A model generated the notes under the pieces. The model did no database searches and was not told the DNA's origin. It was given only the letters and a program-made list of their open reading frames with translations. 64,000 bases of DNA, taken from assembly GCA_965246885.1 (NCBI GenBank), contig OZ251992.1:1248001-1312000 (forward strand), written 5' to 3'. Positions 10,223 through 19,064 of the stretch are shown here, piece after piece. A program made the translations under genes and the position numbers. Origin of the DNA: Abditibacterium sp. GTDB taxonomy: Bacteria > Armatimonadota > Abditibacteriia > Abditibacteriales > Abditibacteriaceae. The stretch's first letter is position 1, and every line of letters begins with the position of its first letter.

Positions 10223-12598
10223 TTAACTCGGCAACTTGACCACAACCTCTCCCGCTTTGTCGCCGACCGAGGCGGTCGCCGTTTGGGTGTGGCCATCCTT
10301 CAAGACGGACACGTTGTAAACGCCCTTGATCCCGCGCATCTTGTAGATGCCGTTGGCGCCGGTCGCGCCGCTTGCTTTCGTCCACCACGCGCCGTGAACG
10401 AGGCCGAGATAGGCCTTGCCGCTCGGTTTCAGTTTGTAGGTGCCACCCGCCGCGCTGTAAAGCGGGGCGTAGTGGAGCCAGTGCGCCTCGTCTAGGATGC
10501 CCCACATGGTGAAGCCCGTCATTTGCGGCTGCGAAAAAGCGAGCGTCACGATGTCGCGCGTCCAATCGGCTTCCAACTGCGGGTCGTTCATCTTGCAATC
10601 GTATTCGGTGACTTGCAGTTTCTTGCCGAGGGAGCCAAAGCGGTTCCACATGGCAAGCAGCTTGTCGGGTTCGACGGGAGCCGAGTAGTGCGCTTGGTCG
10701 GCGATGCCATCGAGCGGCGCGCCCTTGGCAATGATGGCCTTAGCGAGGTTAAAGTAGTAGTCTTGCCGCGCCATATCGCGCCCGTTGTTGTCGCTCAACC
10801 CCGCTTCGTTGAGCCACAGACTCGCGTGCGGTTGCGCTTCGCGCATCAGTTTGAACCAGTGCGCAATCGCGGGCGCGCCCGTTGGATCGCCGTCCGAGAG
10901 AATCCGTGCGATTTCGCGGTCGGCGTAAGGTTCGTTGACGACGACGGTCTCGTCCACATACGGCGCGGTTTGGGTTCCTACGTCGCGGATGAAGCCTTCG
11001 ACATCGGCGGCGAGTTTGGCCGGGTCGTCTTTGTCCTTGGCCCACATCGGGTTGGTGCGGAACCCCGGCCACACCACGACGCCGTTGTTGATGGTCATGC
11101 CGTGATCTTTCAAAATCTGGAGTGCCTTAAGCGCGCGCGCTTTTTGTTCGGGAGTGTCTTTGCTCCAAGGCTCGGCCTTAAGGTCTATGTCAACGGCGGC
11201 GTGATTGAAAAGGGCAAAGATGCGCTCGCGCAAGAACGGGCCATAAGGGTTCTGGTCGTCCAACAAGTTATAGGAGGGCACTATTTCAGTGCCCCAGTTG
11301 AAGGCGGGTCGCGTCATTTCGACGCGCACCTGAGCGCCCAGAACGGGCTTGCCTCCGGCGTCCACAACGCGCACTTGGAGGTCGCCCTTGCGAAACCGTT
11401 CGATGCGTTCTTGCGCCGCTTTGCGCCAAGGCGCGTCGGGGGCGCGTCCGGCGTAATCCATCTTGACGGCTTCGGGGCGCGGCAACTTATCGAGCGGCGT
11501 TTGTCCGGCGTCAAGCAACGCGAGGCCGCCCAATTCGACCTGCTGACGCTGCTCGCCCAGCACCCACACGACTTCGAGGTCTTGCGCCGGAACGTCGCGG
11601 TCGGGAATGAATGGCAGGAAGAATCGCTGCCACGTGTTGCCCACCGAGACAGGCACCGCGCCGTAAACGGTTTGCGAGGGGCGGTGTTTGACGCCCACCC
11701 CCGCCGAAGCGAAAGTGCCGCCGATGCCGGGAACGCGACCACGAGCGTAGAAGGTCAGCAGGTAAGAGCGGCCCTTGACGAGCGGCGCGGTGTTGAGCAG
11801 TTGGCCCATCACGCCCCAGTTCTCGCCATGCGGCGCGAACACATCGTTCAGAATGGCCTTGCGAAAAGGCACGTCTTGGGCGTCAATGACCGAGGTTTTC
11901 GCGCCGTCAACGGCGGGGCCGTTGAGGTGATACGCCTCAATGACCGACTCCTCGCGCGGGCCAAAAACGGGCGTGACAGTCGCGCCATACTTCTGCTTGA
12001 CTTCGGCGACTAACCCCTTCGTGTAAGCATCGGCCACGACGGGGGGGAGCGGTTTGGCGTCGGCGTCGCTCAGTTCGACGCCGCCGATGTCAACGGTTTG
12101 GGCGCGTTGTCCGACGAAGAACAGCACTTGCAATGCGCCCGGCGCGGCGTCGGTTTTAGCCGCGAAGTCGTACTCGTAACGCTTCCAATCGGCACTTAAG
12201 TCCAGTTGCGGCGAATCGAAGAACGTCGCGTCCCCCGCTTGCACCTTGGGCATGACTTGTCCGGCATCGCCCGCACTGCGCGCCCAAAATGAAAGGTGCA
12301 AGTGGTCGCCCGCTTTGAGGGCGCGCGTGTTTTTGAAGAAGATTTGCGCTTCCCAGAAGTTGGCGGGCGGCTTGGCGACGGCGACGCGCACCGCTTTCCC
12401 GAACGGCTGGCCCACTACATCCACCAGTTGCGACGAGGCCACGCCATCGGGCAACGACTCCTCGTGCTGCGCCAGCGTCGTCGCGGTGGTGGATAAAAGC
12501 GCCTCTTGCGCATGTGCGCAACCTACGGTTGAAAAAGGGAGAACAAAGGCCGCGACGAGCGCGGCCTTTGTCCACATATTGAGGGAGTGACATGTCAT
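10223..12598 (-). CDS. Secreted GH10 endo-beta-1,4-xylanase-like glycoside hydrolase with two N-terminal CBM4/9-like modules
   Basis: Signal peptide. Acid/base VVNEP, nucleophile QVTEYD, GAPLDGIADQAH and GFTMWG motifs. Two jelly-roll-like repeats (LSFWAR...WKRY; LTFYAR...WQRF). Confidence 0.8.
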   Translation of the reverse strand: MTCHSLNMWTKAALVAAFVLPFSTVGCAHAQEALLSTTATTLAQHEESLPDGVASSQLVDVVGQPFGKAVRVAVAKPPANFWEAQIFFKNTRALKAGDHLHLSFWARSAGDAGQVMPKVQAGDATFFDSPQLDLSADWKRYEYDFAAKTDAAPGALQVLFFVGQRAQTVDIGGVELSDADAKPLPPVVADAYTKGLVAEVKQKYGATVTPVFGPREESVIEAYHLNGPAVDGAKTSVIDAQDVPFRKAILNDVFAPHGENWGVMGQLLNTAPLVKGRSYLLTFYARGRVPGIGGTFASAGVGVKHRPSQTVYGAVPVSVGNTWQRFFLPFIPDRDVPAQDLEVVWVLGEQRQQVELGGLALLDAGQTPLDKLPRPEAVKMDYAGRAPDAPWRKAAQERIERFRKGDLQVRVVDAGGKPVLGAQVRVEMTRPAFNWGTEIVPSYNLLDDQNPYGPFLRERIFALFNHAAVDIDLKAEPWSKDTPEQKARALKALQILKDHGMTINNGVVVWPGFRTNPMWAKDKDDPAKLAADVEGFIRDVGTQTAPYVDETVVVNEPYADREIARILSDGDPTGAPAIAHWFKLMREAQPHASLWLNEAGLSDNNGRDMARQDYYFNLAKAIIAKGAPLDGIADQAHYSAPVEPDKLLAMWNRFGSLGKKLQVTEYDCKMNDPQLEADWTRDIVTLAFSQPQMTGFTMWGILDEAHWLHYAPLYSAAGGTYKLKPSGKAYLGLVHGAWWTKASGATGANGIYKMRGIKGVYNVSVLKDGHTQTATASVGDKAGEVVVKLPS

Positions 12599-12621
12599 GA
12601 GCAGAATTTTACCGCTTCCCT

Positions 12622-12858
12622 TTATTTCGCCGCATTGGGGAACTTCTCTCGCAGTTTTGCCTTGAACGGTTCTGGAATATTTGGGTCAGCGAGATTTTTT
12701 CGCACTGCCTCTTCCCGTCGAGCTTGTTCTTTGGTTGGGTCAGGCGTAGCGGCGGGCGTGTCTGTAATAGGCGCCGCCGACGAGCAACCTGCTAAAGGGA
12801 GGAAGAAGAGGCATACTCCAGTAAGTTGTAGGGGAAGTAGAAGTCGAGGATTTCGCAT
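12622..12858 (-). CDS. Small lipoprotein
   Basis: LAGC lipobox, 78 aa, co-oriented between the DUF1559 gene and GH10. Confidence 0.65.
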   Translation of the reverse strand: MRNPRLLLPLQLTGVCLFFLPLAGCSSAAPITDTPAATPDPTKEQARREEAVRKNLADPNIPEPFKAKLREKFPNAAK

Positions 12859-12927
12859 AGTCGGGTGTTATGGTGCGGGGGTGACGGGGCGAGCCAACAT
12901 TTGACATCGCCCCGTTTTTGGCGAGTT

Positions 12928-13722
12928 TTAGTCAGCGTTCTTGGTCAGGAAGCGGTTCTTGCCGTCCGTGCCCTTCTCGAACAGCTTTTCGATTTTCATC
13001 GCCTTGACGTGGCCATCAAGGAAGGCGACGTTAATCGTCTCCAAGTGCCTCGCCCGCGCCGCAGCGCGTGGGTCAAAGGAAAAATTCGCATCCTGAGTGG
13101 TGATGGTGGGAATACCAGTGGACGTATCAACAGAGAAGCCTTGGTACGACAGCCCTCCCAAATAAGCTCCGCCGGAGCCATCCTCCCACACGGCGCTGTC
13201 GCACAGGGCCATTGTCCCGGCGGTATCCTCCACGCTGGCAAGCGAGGACGGCACAACGGGTGTGTTATCGGCGTCGACTTTTCCGACCAAGAAAAGCTCC
13301 CCGCGCTTGGGATCTTCGGCGTAGAAGCCGTTGAGGGCATAAGAGAGCACTTTGGTATTGCCCAAGTTGCCGCCGTCGTTGTAGATTTTGCCGCCGCCGA
13401 AGTCGAGGCTTTGATGGGTGGCACTGGGACATACCAGAATCTGCTGGCTTTTGATGTAGGGCTGAATGATGTCGTTCCATCTCGGCCCATTGGTGCCGCC
13501 GCAGTAAACGCCTTGCATGATGAGACGCTCGTCGTAGTCCTGTGTGTATTGAGCCATACCGAGCATGATTTGCTTCTCGTTAGACTGGCAAGAAGAACGG
13601 CGGGCATTTTCGCGGGCACGCGCGAAGGCAGGGAAAAGAATGGCCGCGAGGATAGCGATGATGGCAATCACTACGAGCAATTCTATAAGGGTGAATGCGG
13701 AACGAACTGGGTGATGTTTCAT
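12928..13722 (-). CDS. DUF1559-type prepilin N-terminal cleavage/methylation protein with H-X9-DG motif
   Basis: [43 protein letters not shown] and C-terminal [15 protein letters not shown]. Confidence 0.92.
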   Translation of the reverse strand: MKHHPVRSAFTLIELLVVIAIIAILAAILFPAFARARENARRSSCQSNEKQIMLGMAQYTQDYDERLIMQGVYCGGTNGPRWNDIIQPYIKSQQILVCPSATHQSLDFGGGKIYNDGGNLGNTKVLSYALNGFYAEDPKRGELFLVGKVDADNTPVVPSSLASVEDTAGTMALCDSAVWEDGSGGAYLGGLSYQGFSVDTSTGIPTITTQDANFSFDPRAAARARHLETINVAFLDGHVKAMKIEKLFEKGTDGKNRFLTKNAD

Positions 13723-13778
13723 GGTGAGTATACCAAAGGATAAATAGTGAGCCGAAGCTCTATCTCAACGCGGCATCT

Positions 13779-14837
13779 TTAAAAGATGCGAGCGGTTGAT
13801 TCTCGACTGATCCACTGACCTTGCACCCATTGGGTGCGAGGTTCTCCGATGTAGCTGTCGCTTAAACGCTCCAGCAGCAGTTGCACTAACAAATCGCAAT
13901 GTTCTTTGTAGGGGTCGGAGACCGCTGTCAGTGCGATGGCGGCGTGGAGTGCCGATTCGCCTGCGTCTCCCAGCGCCACTAAACTCAGGTCGCGCGGCAC
14001 CTGTATCCCGGCGCGCATCAGGTGGTGCAAGAACGACGCGGCGACGGCTTCCGGCCCGATGATCATGGCACTGGGCCGGTTTGCCAAGGCCAAAAATTGC
14101 CGAGCGGCCTTTTCGCCCAACGGTGCCCCATAAATCATGTGCGCTTCCAGTAGCCACTCCGGTCGCGCTTCTACCCCCAGCCGCCGCGCCTCGTGAAGAA
14201 ACGCGGCGCGTTCCATCGAGGTTTCGGTGGCTTCGAGGTTGTGCGCAACCAAGCCGATGCGCTTGTGCCCTAACCCGGCCAAATGCTCGATGGCCAATTT
14301 GACTTCGTGAGCGCCGCCAAACACGACTTGGTCGAAAGGGTAAGGCAGCGGTTGTTTGTAAGACAAGCACGCCACCGTTCCGCCTTCGGCCTCGAACGCT
14401 TCTAACTGCGCCGCTTCCGCCGCGCCGAAATGCCAACCCGCGTTGCACAAAATCGCGCGCGGCTTTTCCATGCGCAGCAGGCGGATCAAGCCCGCCGGTT
14501 CGCCGCCCAATGTCGGCTCGTAAGGCTGAGCGTGCAGTTGCACTTCAAAGCCCGCGCGGTTGAGCAGGGTCTGGGTGTGCTGCATTTTGAAAACAGTCAC
14601 TCCCGGATCCATCGCAGGCGAGTAGAACGCGACGGTACGTGTCGCGCGTCCCCGCAACCGTTGGGCGAGGGGATTGGGTTCGTAGCCCAATTGCTGCGCG
14701 CCCTTGAGAACTTCCTCGCGCGTCTTGGGCGTGATGGTGCCTTTGCCAGAGAACGCCATAGAAACCGTCGCCGCCGACACACCAAGCTCGCGGGCGACAT
14801 CGGAGATGGTCAGGCGAGAGGTGGTAACGGCGCTCAT
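13779..14837 (-). CDS. LacI-family transcriptional regulator
   Basis: TISDVARELGVSAATVS HTH, YEPNPLAQRL hinge, LGHKRIG, VPRDLSLVALGD, C-terminal RESTA. Confidence 0.92.
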   Translation of the reverse strand: MSAVTTSRLTISDVARELGVSAATVSMAFSGKGTITPKTREEVLKGAQQLGYEPNPLAQRLRGRATRTVAFYSPAMDPGVTVFKMQHTQTLLNRAGFEVQLHAQPYEPTLGGEPAGLIRLLRMEKPRAILCNAGWHFGAAEAAQLEAFEAEGGTVACLSYKQPLPYPFDQVVFGGAHEVKLAIEHLAGLGHKRIGLVAHNLEATETSMERAAFLHEARRLGVEARPEWLLEAHMIYGAPLGEKAARQFLALANRPSAMIIGPEAVAASFLHHLMRAGIQVPRDLSLVALGDAGESALHAAIALTAVSDPYKEHCDLLVQLLLERLSDSYIGEPRTQWVQGQWISRESTARIF

Positions 14838-14845
14838 GGCTTTCG

Positions 14846-14878
14846 TAAACCGATTTATAAACCGGTTAATTCAATATA
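14846..14878 (-). promoter_or_regulatory. Tandem LacI-type operators with adjacent -10-like hexamer
   Basis: TAAACCGATTTA (14846-14857) and TAAACCGGTTAA (14858-14869), both near-palindromes with central CG. TATATT on the minus strand just upstream. Confidence 0.6.
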
Positions 14879-14933
14879 CCCATCCGCGCGCCTTTTTAAA
14901 CATTTTTCGGGAAATTTTTTTCTGCCCGCGAAT

Positions 14934-15719
14934 TCACTCGCGGGGCGTGTTCTTCTCACCCGCCTTGGCCTTGCGCTTAGCCTCCGCGTCAGCTTCCGCT
15001 TGGATGGCCAGCCTCTTCATTTCGGCGTCCGGCTCCAGTTCCGAGGAGGGGATCGCGGGGTTGAGCTTAATGTCCGAGTGCTCCTCACTTGTATCGAGGG
15101 TCTTGCCGTTCACGACTTGGTGAACTCGCACCGCCCGCACCGAGAGATCAGACTCGCCGACGAAGTAGTCAATTTGTGCGGTAGATTTGGGCGCTTCGAG
15201 CCGCACCACAATATGCGCTTCGCCCTTACGCTCGCCCTCGCCCTCCGCGATGGAGCGGACGTAAGAGCCGAAAGGTTGTAAAGGGTTCGTGTTTTGGAGA
15301 AGCGGCCTGACGCCAAACTCGGTCGCGTGAATGAACTTCCAGAGTTCATCTTGCGGAGCGAAGTCGCGGCTTAGGCGATACACATCATCGGGCATGGCGT
15401 TGATATAAACTTTCTTGCCATCGTCCACGAAGCGCATCTCCCACTGCCCGCCTTTCACTTTGGAGCGCACGTAAAGTCGGGGCGGTGCGAACCGAATTTG
15501 CGACTTGCCATCCGAGACCATCGCGTCAAAGGCATCCAAGGCGTCGCCGCTTCGGTGCCACTTCATCGCGCCCGAATACGACTTGAGCGCGCGGTAGTAG
15601 TCGAAAACCTTTTTCAAAAGAGCGTGAGCTTTCGGCTCGAAGTGGGGCGGCTGAGCTTTGGGGGTCGCGTTGGCGGCAGTGGCACAAAGCGACAGGCAAA
15701 GGAGAAAAGGGCGCTTCAC
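14934..15719 (-). CDS. Secreted LolA-like/DUF2092-like protein
   Basis: Signal peptide. YYRALKSYS...DDGKKVYIN...EEHSDIKLNPAIP pattern resembles the LolA fold. Confidence 0.55.
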   Translation of the reverse strand: MKRPFLLCLSLCATAANATPKAQPPHFEPKAHALLKKVFDYYRALKSYSGAMKWHRSGDALDAFDAMVSDGKSQIRFAPPRLYVRSKVKGGQWEMRFVDDGKKVYINAMPDDVYRLSRDFAPQDELWKFIHATEFGVRPLLQNTNPLQPFGSYVRSIAEGEGERKGEAHIVVRLEAPKSTAQIDYFVGESDLSVRAVRVHQVVNGKTLDTSEEHSDIKLNPAIPSSELEPDAEMKRLAIQAEADAEAKRKAKAGEKNTPRE

Positions 15720-15740
15720 CCATTGAAGTTTGACCTAACC

Positions 15741-15776
15741 CGAAAAAGAAAAGCGAAGCGCCGGGGGCGCTTCGCT
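15741..15776 (-). terminator. Intrinsic terminator after the GGDEF-EAL gene
   Basis: AGCGAAGCGCC-GGG-GGCGCTTCGCT followed by a U-rich tail on the minus strand. Confidence 0.65.
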
Positions 15777-15794
15777 GGAATTAAATAGATAAGT

Positions 15795-18700
15795 TCACGC
15801 GGCGACGGCGGCGGTTTGGGACTCTTCCATGAGCAGTTGCGACAGGGCGCCCGCGTCGAGGGGACGCGCGAACAGAAAGCCTTGGCCGACGGCGCAACCC
15901 ATTTCGCGCAGTTGGGAGAGTTGCTCGGCGGTTTCGATGCCCTCGGCGGTGATGGGGATGCCCAACCCCTGACCGAGGGTTTGGACGGCTTGCATGATGA
16001 CCGAACGTTCGGGCGACAGCGCCCCGACGCGTAGGCCGCGCCGCGAGGTCTTACCGATTTGCGCCACGAAGGAGCGGTCTATCTTCAGGGCGTCGAGCGG
16101 AAAGCGTTCGAGATACGCGAGGCTGGAATACCCCGTGCCGAAGTCGTCAATAGCCAGCTTAACGCCCAACTTCTTGAGTTCTTCGAGCGTCTTGATGGTT
16201 TCGTCTGCGTCTTCCATGACGGCGGTTTCGGTGATTTCCAGTTCCAAATGCTTGGCATCCAGCCCCGTTTCTTCCAACACCCGCCGCACGTCGCGCACGA
16301 TGTCGCCGCCTTGAAACTGGCGCGCCGACAGGTTGACGCTCATCTTAAGTGGCGTGTCGGGGAACTGCGTTTCCCACTTCTTGGCCTGCGTGCACGCTTC
16401 GCGGAGCACCCATTCCCCGATGGGGAGAATCATACCCGACTCCTCGGCGATGGGAATAAAGTCATTCGGCCCAATCAGCCCGCGTTCGGGGTGTTGCCAG
16501 CGCACGAGGGCTTCGACGCCAATCACCTTGTCGAGCGTCAAGTCAATGAGCGGCTGATACGCGAGGCGCAGTTGGTTCCACTTGACGGCTTGGCGCAGCT
16601 CAATTTCCAATTGCAGCCGCTCCAATGCTTGCGCACTCATCTGCGTGTCGAAGACCTCGTAGCGCGCTTTGCCCTTGTTTTTGGCGCGGTACATGGCGAT
16701 GTCGGCGTTTCGCAACAGGTCGCCCGCGCGGTCGTGCTTGGAGAAGCTCAGCGCCATGCCGATGGACGCGGTGACTTCGATTTCGCGGCCCTCGAAGCTA
16801 AGCGGCGCGGTAATGGACTCGATCAGCCGCTCGGTCACGGCTTTGGCGTCGTCGAGGCCGTTGAGGTCTTCCAACAGAAGCGTGAACTCGTCGCCGCCAA
16901 AGCGCGCGGCGGTGTCGCCGGGGCGCAGGCTGTCGTGCAAGCGGTGGGCGATTTCTTTGAGCAGCCAGTCGCCGCGCTCGTGGCCCATTGTGTCGTTTAT
17001 GGTTTTGAAGCGGTCGAGGTCGAAGAACAAAACCGCCAGTGCCTTGCCCCGGCGGTCAAGGCGCGACAGGGCGTGTTCGACGCGATTGAGGAACAGGGTG
17101 CGGTTCGGCAAATCCGTGAGCGGGTCGTGGAACGCGCGGTGCGCGAGTTGCGCCTCGTAGCGCTTGCGGTCGGTGATATCGGAGAACGTCCACACGCGCC
17201 CAAAGAAGCGCCCATCCGCGCCGCGCGCTGGGGCCGACGTGCGCTCAAAGATGCGGTCGTCGCGTAGCGTTACTTCGTCGTGACTGCTTGATTCGGGGTG
17301 CTCGCGGAGCAGGTTCATCTTTTCGATGAACTCGTCCGGCGCGCGCATGAGCGAGAGCACCCACGCCGTCAGTTGGCGTCCGTCGCGCGCTTCTTCGACG
17401 AGAGTGGGCGGAATGTGCCACATCTGCGTAAAACGGCGGTTGTGCGATACGACTTGGCCGCGCTCGTCCACGAGGCAGATGCCATCCGCGCTCGCTTCTT
17501 GGGTCGCTTCGAGGATGGCGTTGGTTTGGAGCAATTCGTCCAAGTGACGGTGGCGCTCGGTTACATCAATCGTCAGACCCCGCGCGCGCACCACTTTGCC
17601 CTCTTGCAGTTCCGGCGTAATCAGCGCACGCAACCACATCTCTTTGTTGTTGCGCGAGTTGTTGGCGCGAAACTCCAACTCCCAAGGCGTCTTGTCCGTC
17701 TTGTGAACCTCGATCTCGTCCAAAATGCGCCGCCGCTCGTCGGGATGCACCAGCCGCAACCACGCTTTCGGGTCGGTGCGCAGCGCTTTGGACGACAAGC
17801 CCAGCCAACTCTCGACTTGCTCGGAGACAAATGTCGGCCCTTCCGCGAGAGCGTCCACTTCCCACACGATGGCGTCCACGTCGTTGACAAGCGAGCGGTA
17901 GCGCGCTTCGGCCTCGCGCGTGCCATGCAACAAGCGCACGCCGCGCACCGCGACGCCGGTTTGCTCGGCGACCATTAAACAGACGCGTTGGTGCTCTTCC
18001 GTCCACACAAACGGCTTCTCGGACGCGAAAAGCAGCGCGCCTGCCGCTCCCTCTCCCTCTTCTCCCGACAACGGCACCGCCACGAACGAGCGCGCGGGGA
18101 ACGAAAAGCCGCAAATCTCTCCGCGCCACGAGTTATCCAAAAGGGTGGCGCGCGTGTTGAGCGTTTTCCACAGGGGACAAGTAGGGTCGGCGTCGGGCGC
18201 GAGGGTGGCTTCTAAGGCGCCTCCGGCGGTTTGCCCCACAACATGAAGGGCGCCGCCTCCGTTTTTCCAACCCAACAGAAGCGCCGTGACGGGCAGAAGC
18301 GGGCGCATCTGCGTCCACGTCACGCGCGCGATAGAAGCGAAGTCGCTTTGTAGGTGGACGGTCTTCGAGAGGGAAATGAGCGATTCCAGTTCGAGTTGGT
18401 GGCGCTGACGCGCAGTAATCTCGCGCGACACCATCACCACGCGGCGGTTGTCACTGCTGCCAATACCCCGCAGCGCCGACTCGAACCAGCGCTGGTCGCC
18501 ATCGAGCGAGAGCAGTTGGTGCTTGGCGCGACCAATGCGCGTTCCGGCGAGCGCGGCGGTGTACTCGGCAATCAGCAGGGGACGCTCGCCGTCAGGCACG
18601 CAGTCGAAAACCGAAGTCACTCCCCCCCCCGTTGTGGCACTAAACGAAGAAGATTGATAAGTAAAACGCCCTTCCGAATCGAGTTCGCAGATGAGGTCGA

Positions 18701-18851
18701 AGCTCGAATCGGCGATGGCGCGCAGCCGCTCGGTGGAAGCGGCATCGGCTTCGGGCGCGAAGGCCCGCGCCGCCGACAAAGGCCGTTCGCCCGCCGGGAA
18801 AAGGGCGGGTGAAGTGTCGGATTGCGACGAAAGGTCGAAAGGTGATGCCAT
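15795..18851 (-). CDS. PAS-GAF-PAS-PAS-GGDEF-EAL diguanylate cyclase/phosphodiesterase
   Basis: HDPLTDLPNR, RPGD..RFGGDEF, GVEALVRW and DDFGTGYSSL motifs. Start at MASPFD. Confidence 0.92.
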   Translation of the reverse strand: MASPFDLSSQSDTSPALFPAGERPLSAARAFAPEADAASTERLRAIADSSFDLICELDSEGRFTYQSSSFSATTGGGVTSVFDCVPDGERPLLIAEYTAALAGTRIGRAKHQLLSLDGDQRWFESALRGIGSSDNRRVVMVSREITARQRHQLELESLISLSKTVHLQSDFASIARVTWTQMRPLLPVTALLLGWKNGGGALHVVGQTAGGALEATLAPDADPTCPLWKTLNTRATLLDNSWRGEICGFSFPARSFVAVPLSGEEGEGAAGALLFASEKPFVWTEEHQRVCLMVAEQTGVAVRGVRLLHGTREAEARYRSLVNDVDAIVWEVDALAEGPTFVSEQVESWLGLSSKALRTDPKAWLRLVHPDERRRILDEIEVHKTDKTPWELEFRANNSRNNKEMWLRALITPELQEGKVVRARGLTIDVTERHRHLDELLQTNAILEATQEASADGICLVDERGQVVSHNRRFTQMWHIPPTLVEEARDGRQLTAWVLSLMRAPDEFIEKMNLLREHPESSSHDEVTLRDDRIFERTSAPARGADGRFFGRVWTFSDITDRKRYEAQLAHRAFHDPLTDLPNRTLFLNRVEHALSRLDRRGKALAVLFFDLDRFKTINDTMGHERGDWLLKEIAHRLHDSLRPGDTAARFGGDEFTLLLEDLNGLDDAKAVTERLIESITAPLSFEGREIEVTASIGMALSFSKHDRAGDLLRNADIAMYRAKNKGKARYEVFDTQMSAQALERLQLEIELRQAVKWNQLRLAYQPLIDLTLDKVIGVEALVRWQHPERGLIGPNDFIPIAEESGMILPIGEWVLREACTQAKKWETQFPDTPLKMSVNLSARQFQGGDIVRDVRRVLEETGLDAKHLELEITETAVMEDADETIKTLEELKKLGVKLAIDDFGTGYSSLAYLERFPLDALKIDRSFVAQIGKTSRRGLRVGALSPERSVIMQAVQTLGQGLGIPITAEGIETAEQLSQLREMGCAVGQGFLFARPLDAGALSQLLMEESQTAAVAA

Positions 18852-19064
18852 AGGCCGACAATGCGCCGAGAACGAGCACAAATCCCACTGGCGCGCGCAC
18901 AAAATTGCTCCCCCTTTCCCTTGACCCAAGCAACTGCCAAGAGACGCAGAGATTTTTCTCCCATTCATTTTGGCAGAAAAACAAATTTTTGCAACAGGGC
19001 ACGCCCTGAAAAAGAGCTTTGATTGCTTTAAAGCCCTTGTCCGACACCGGGCACACTCACGCGG

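Noticed and set aside
10523..12013. Long antisense ORFs (e.g. 10523..12013, 16059..17267, 21367..22659, 35299..36528, 36922..38139)
   Set aside because: Shadow frames of well-supported genes, expected in high-GC DNA, with no recognisable motifs.
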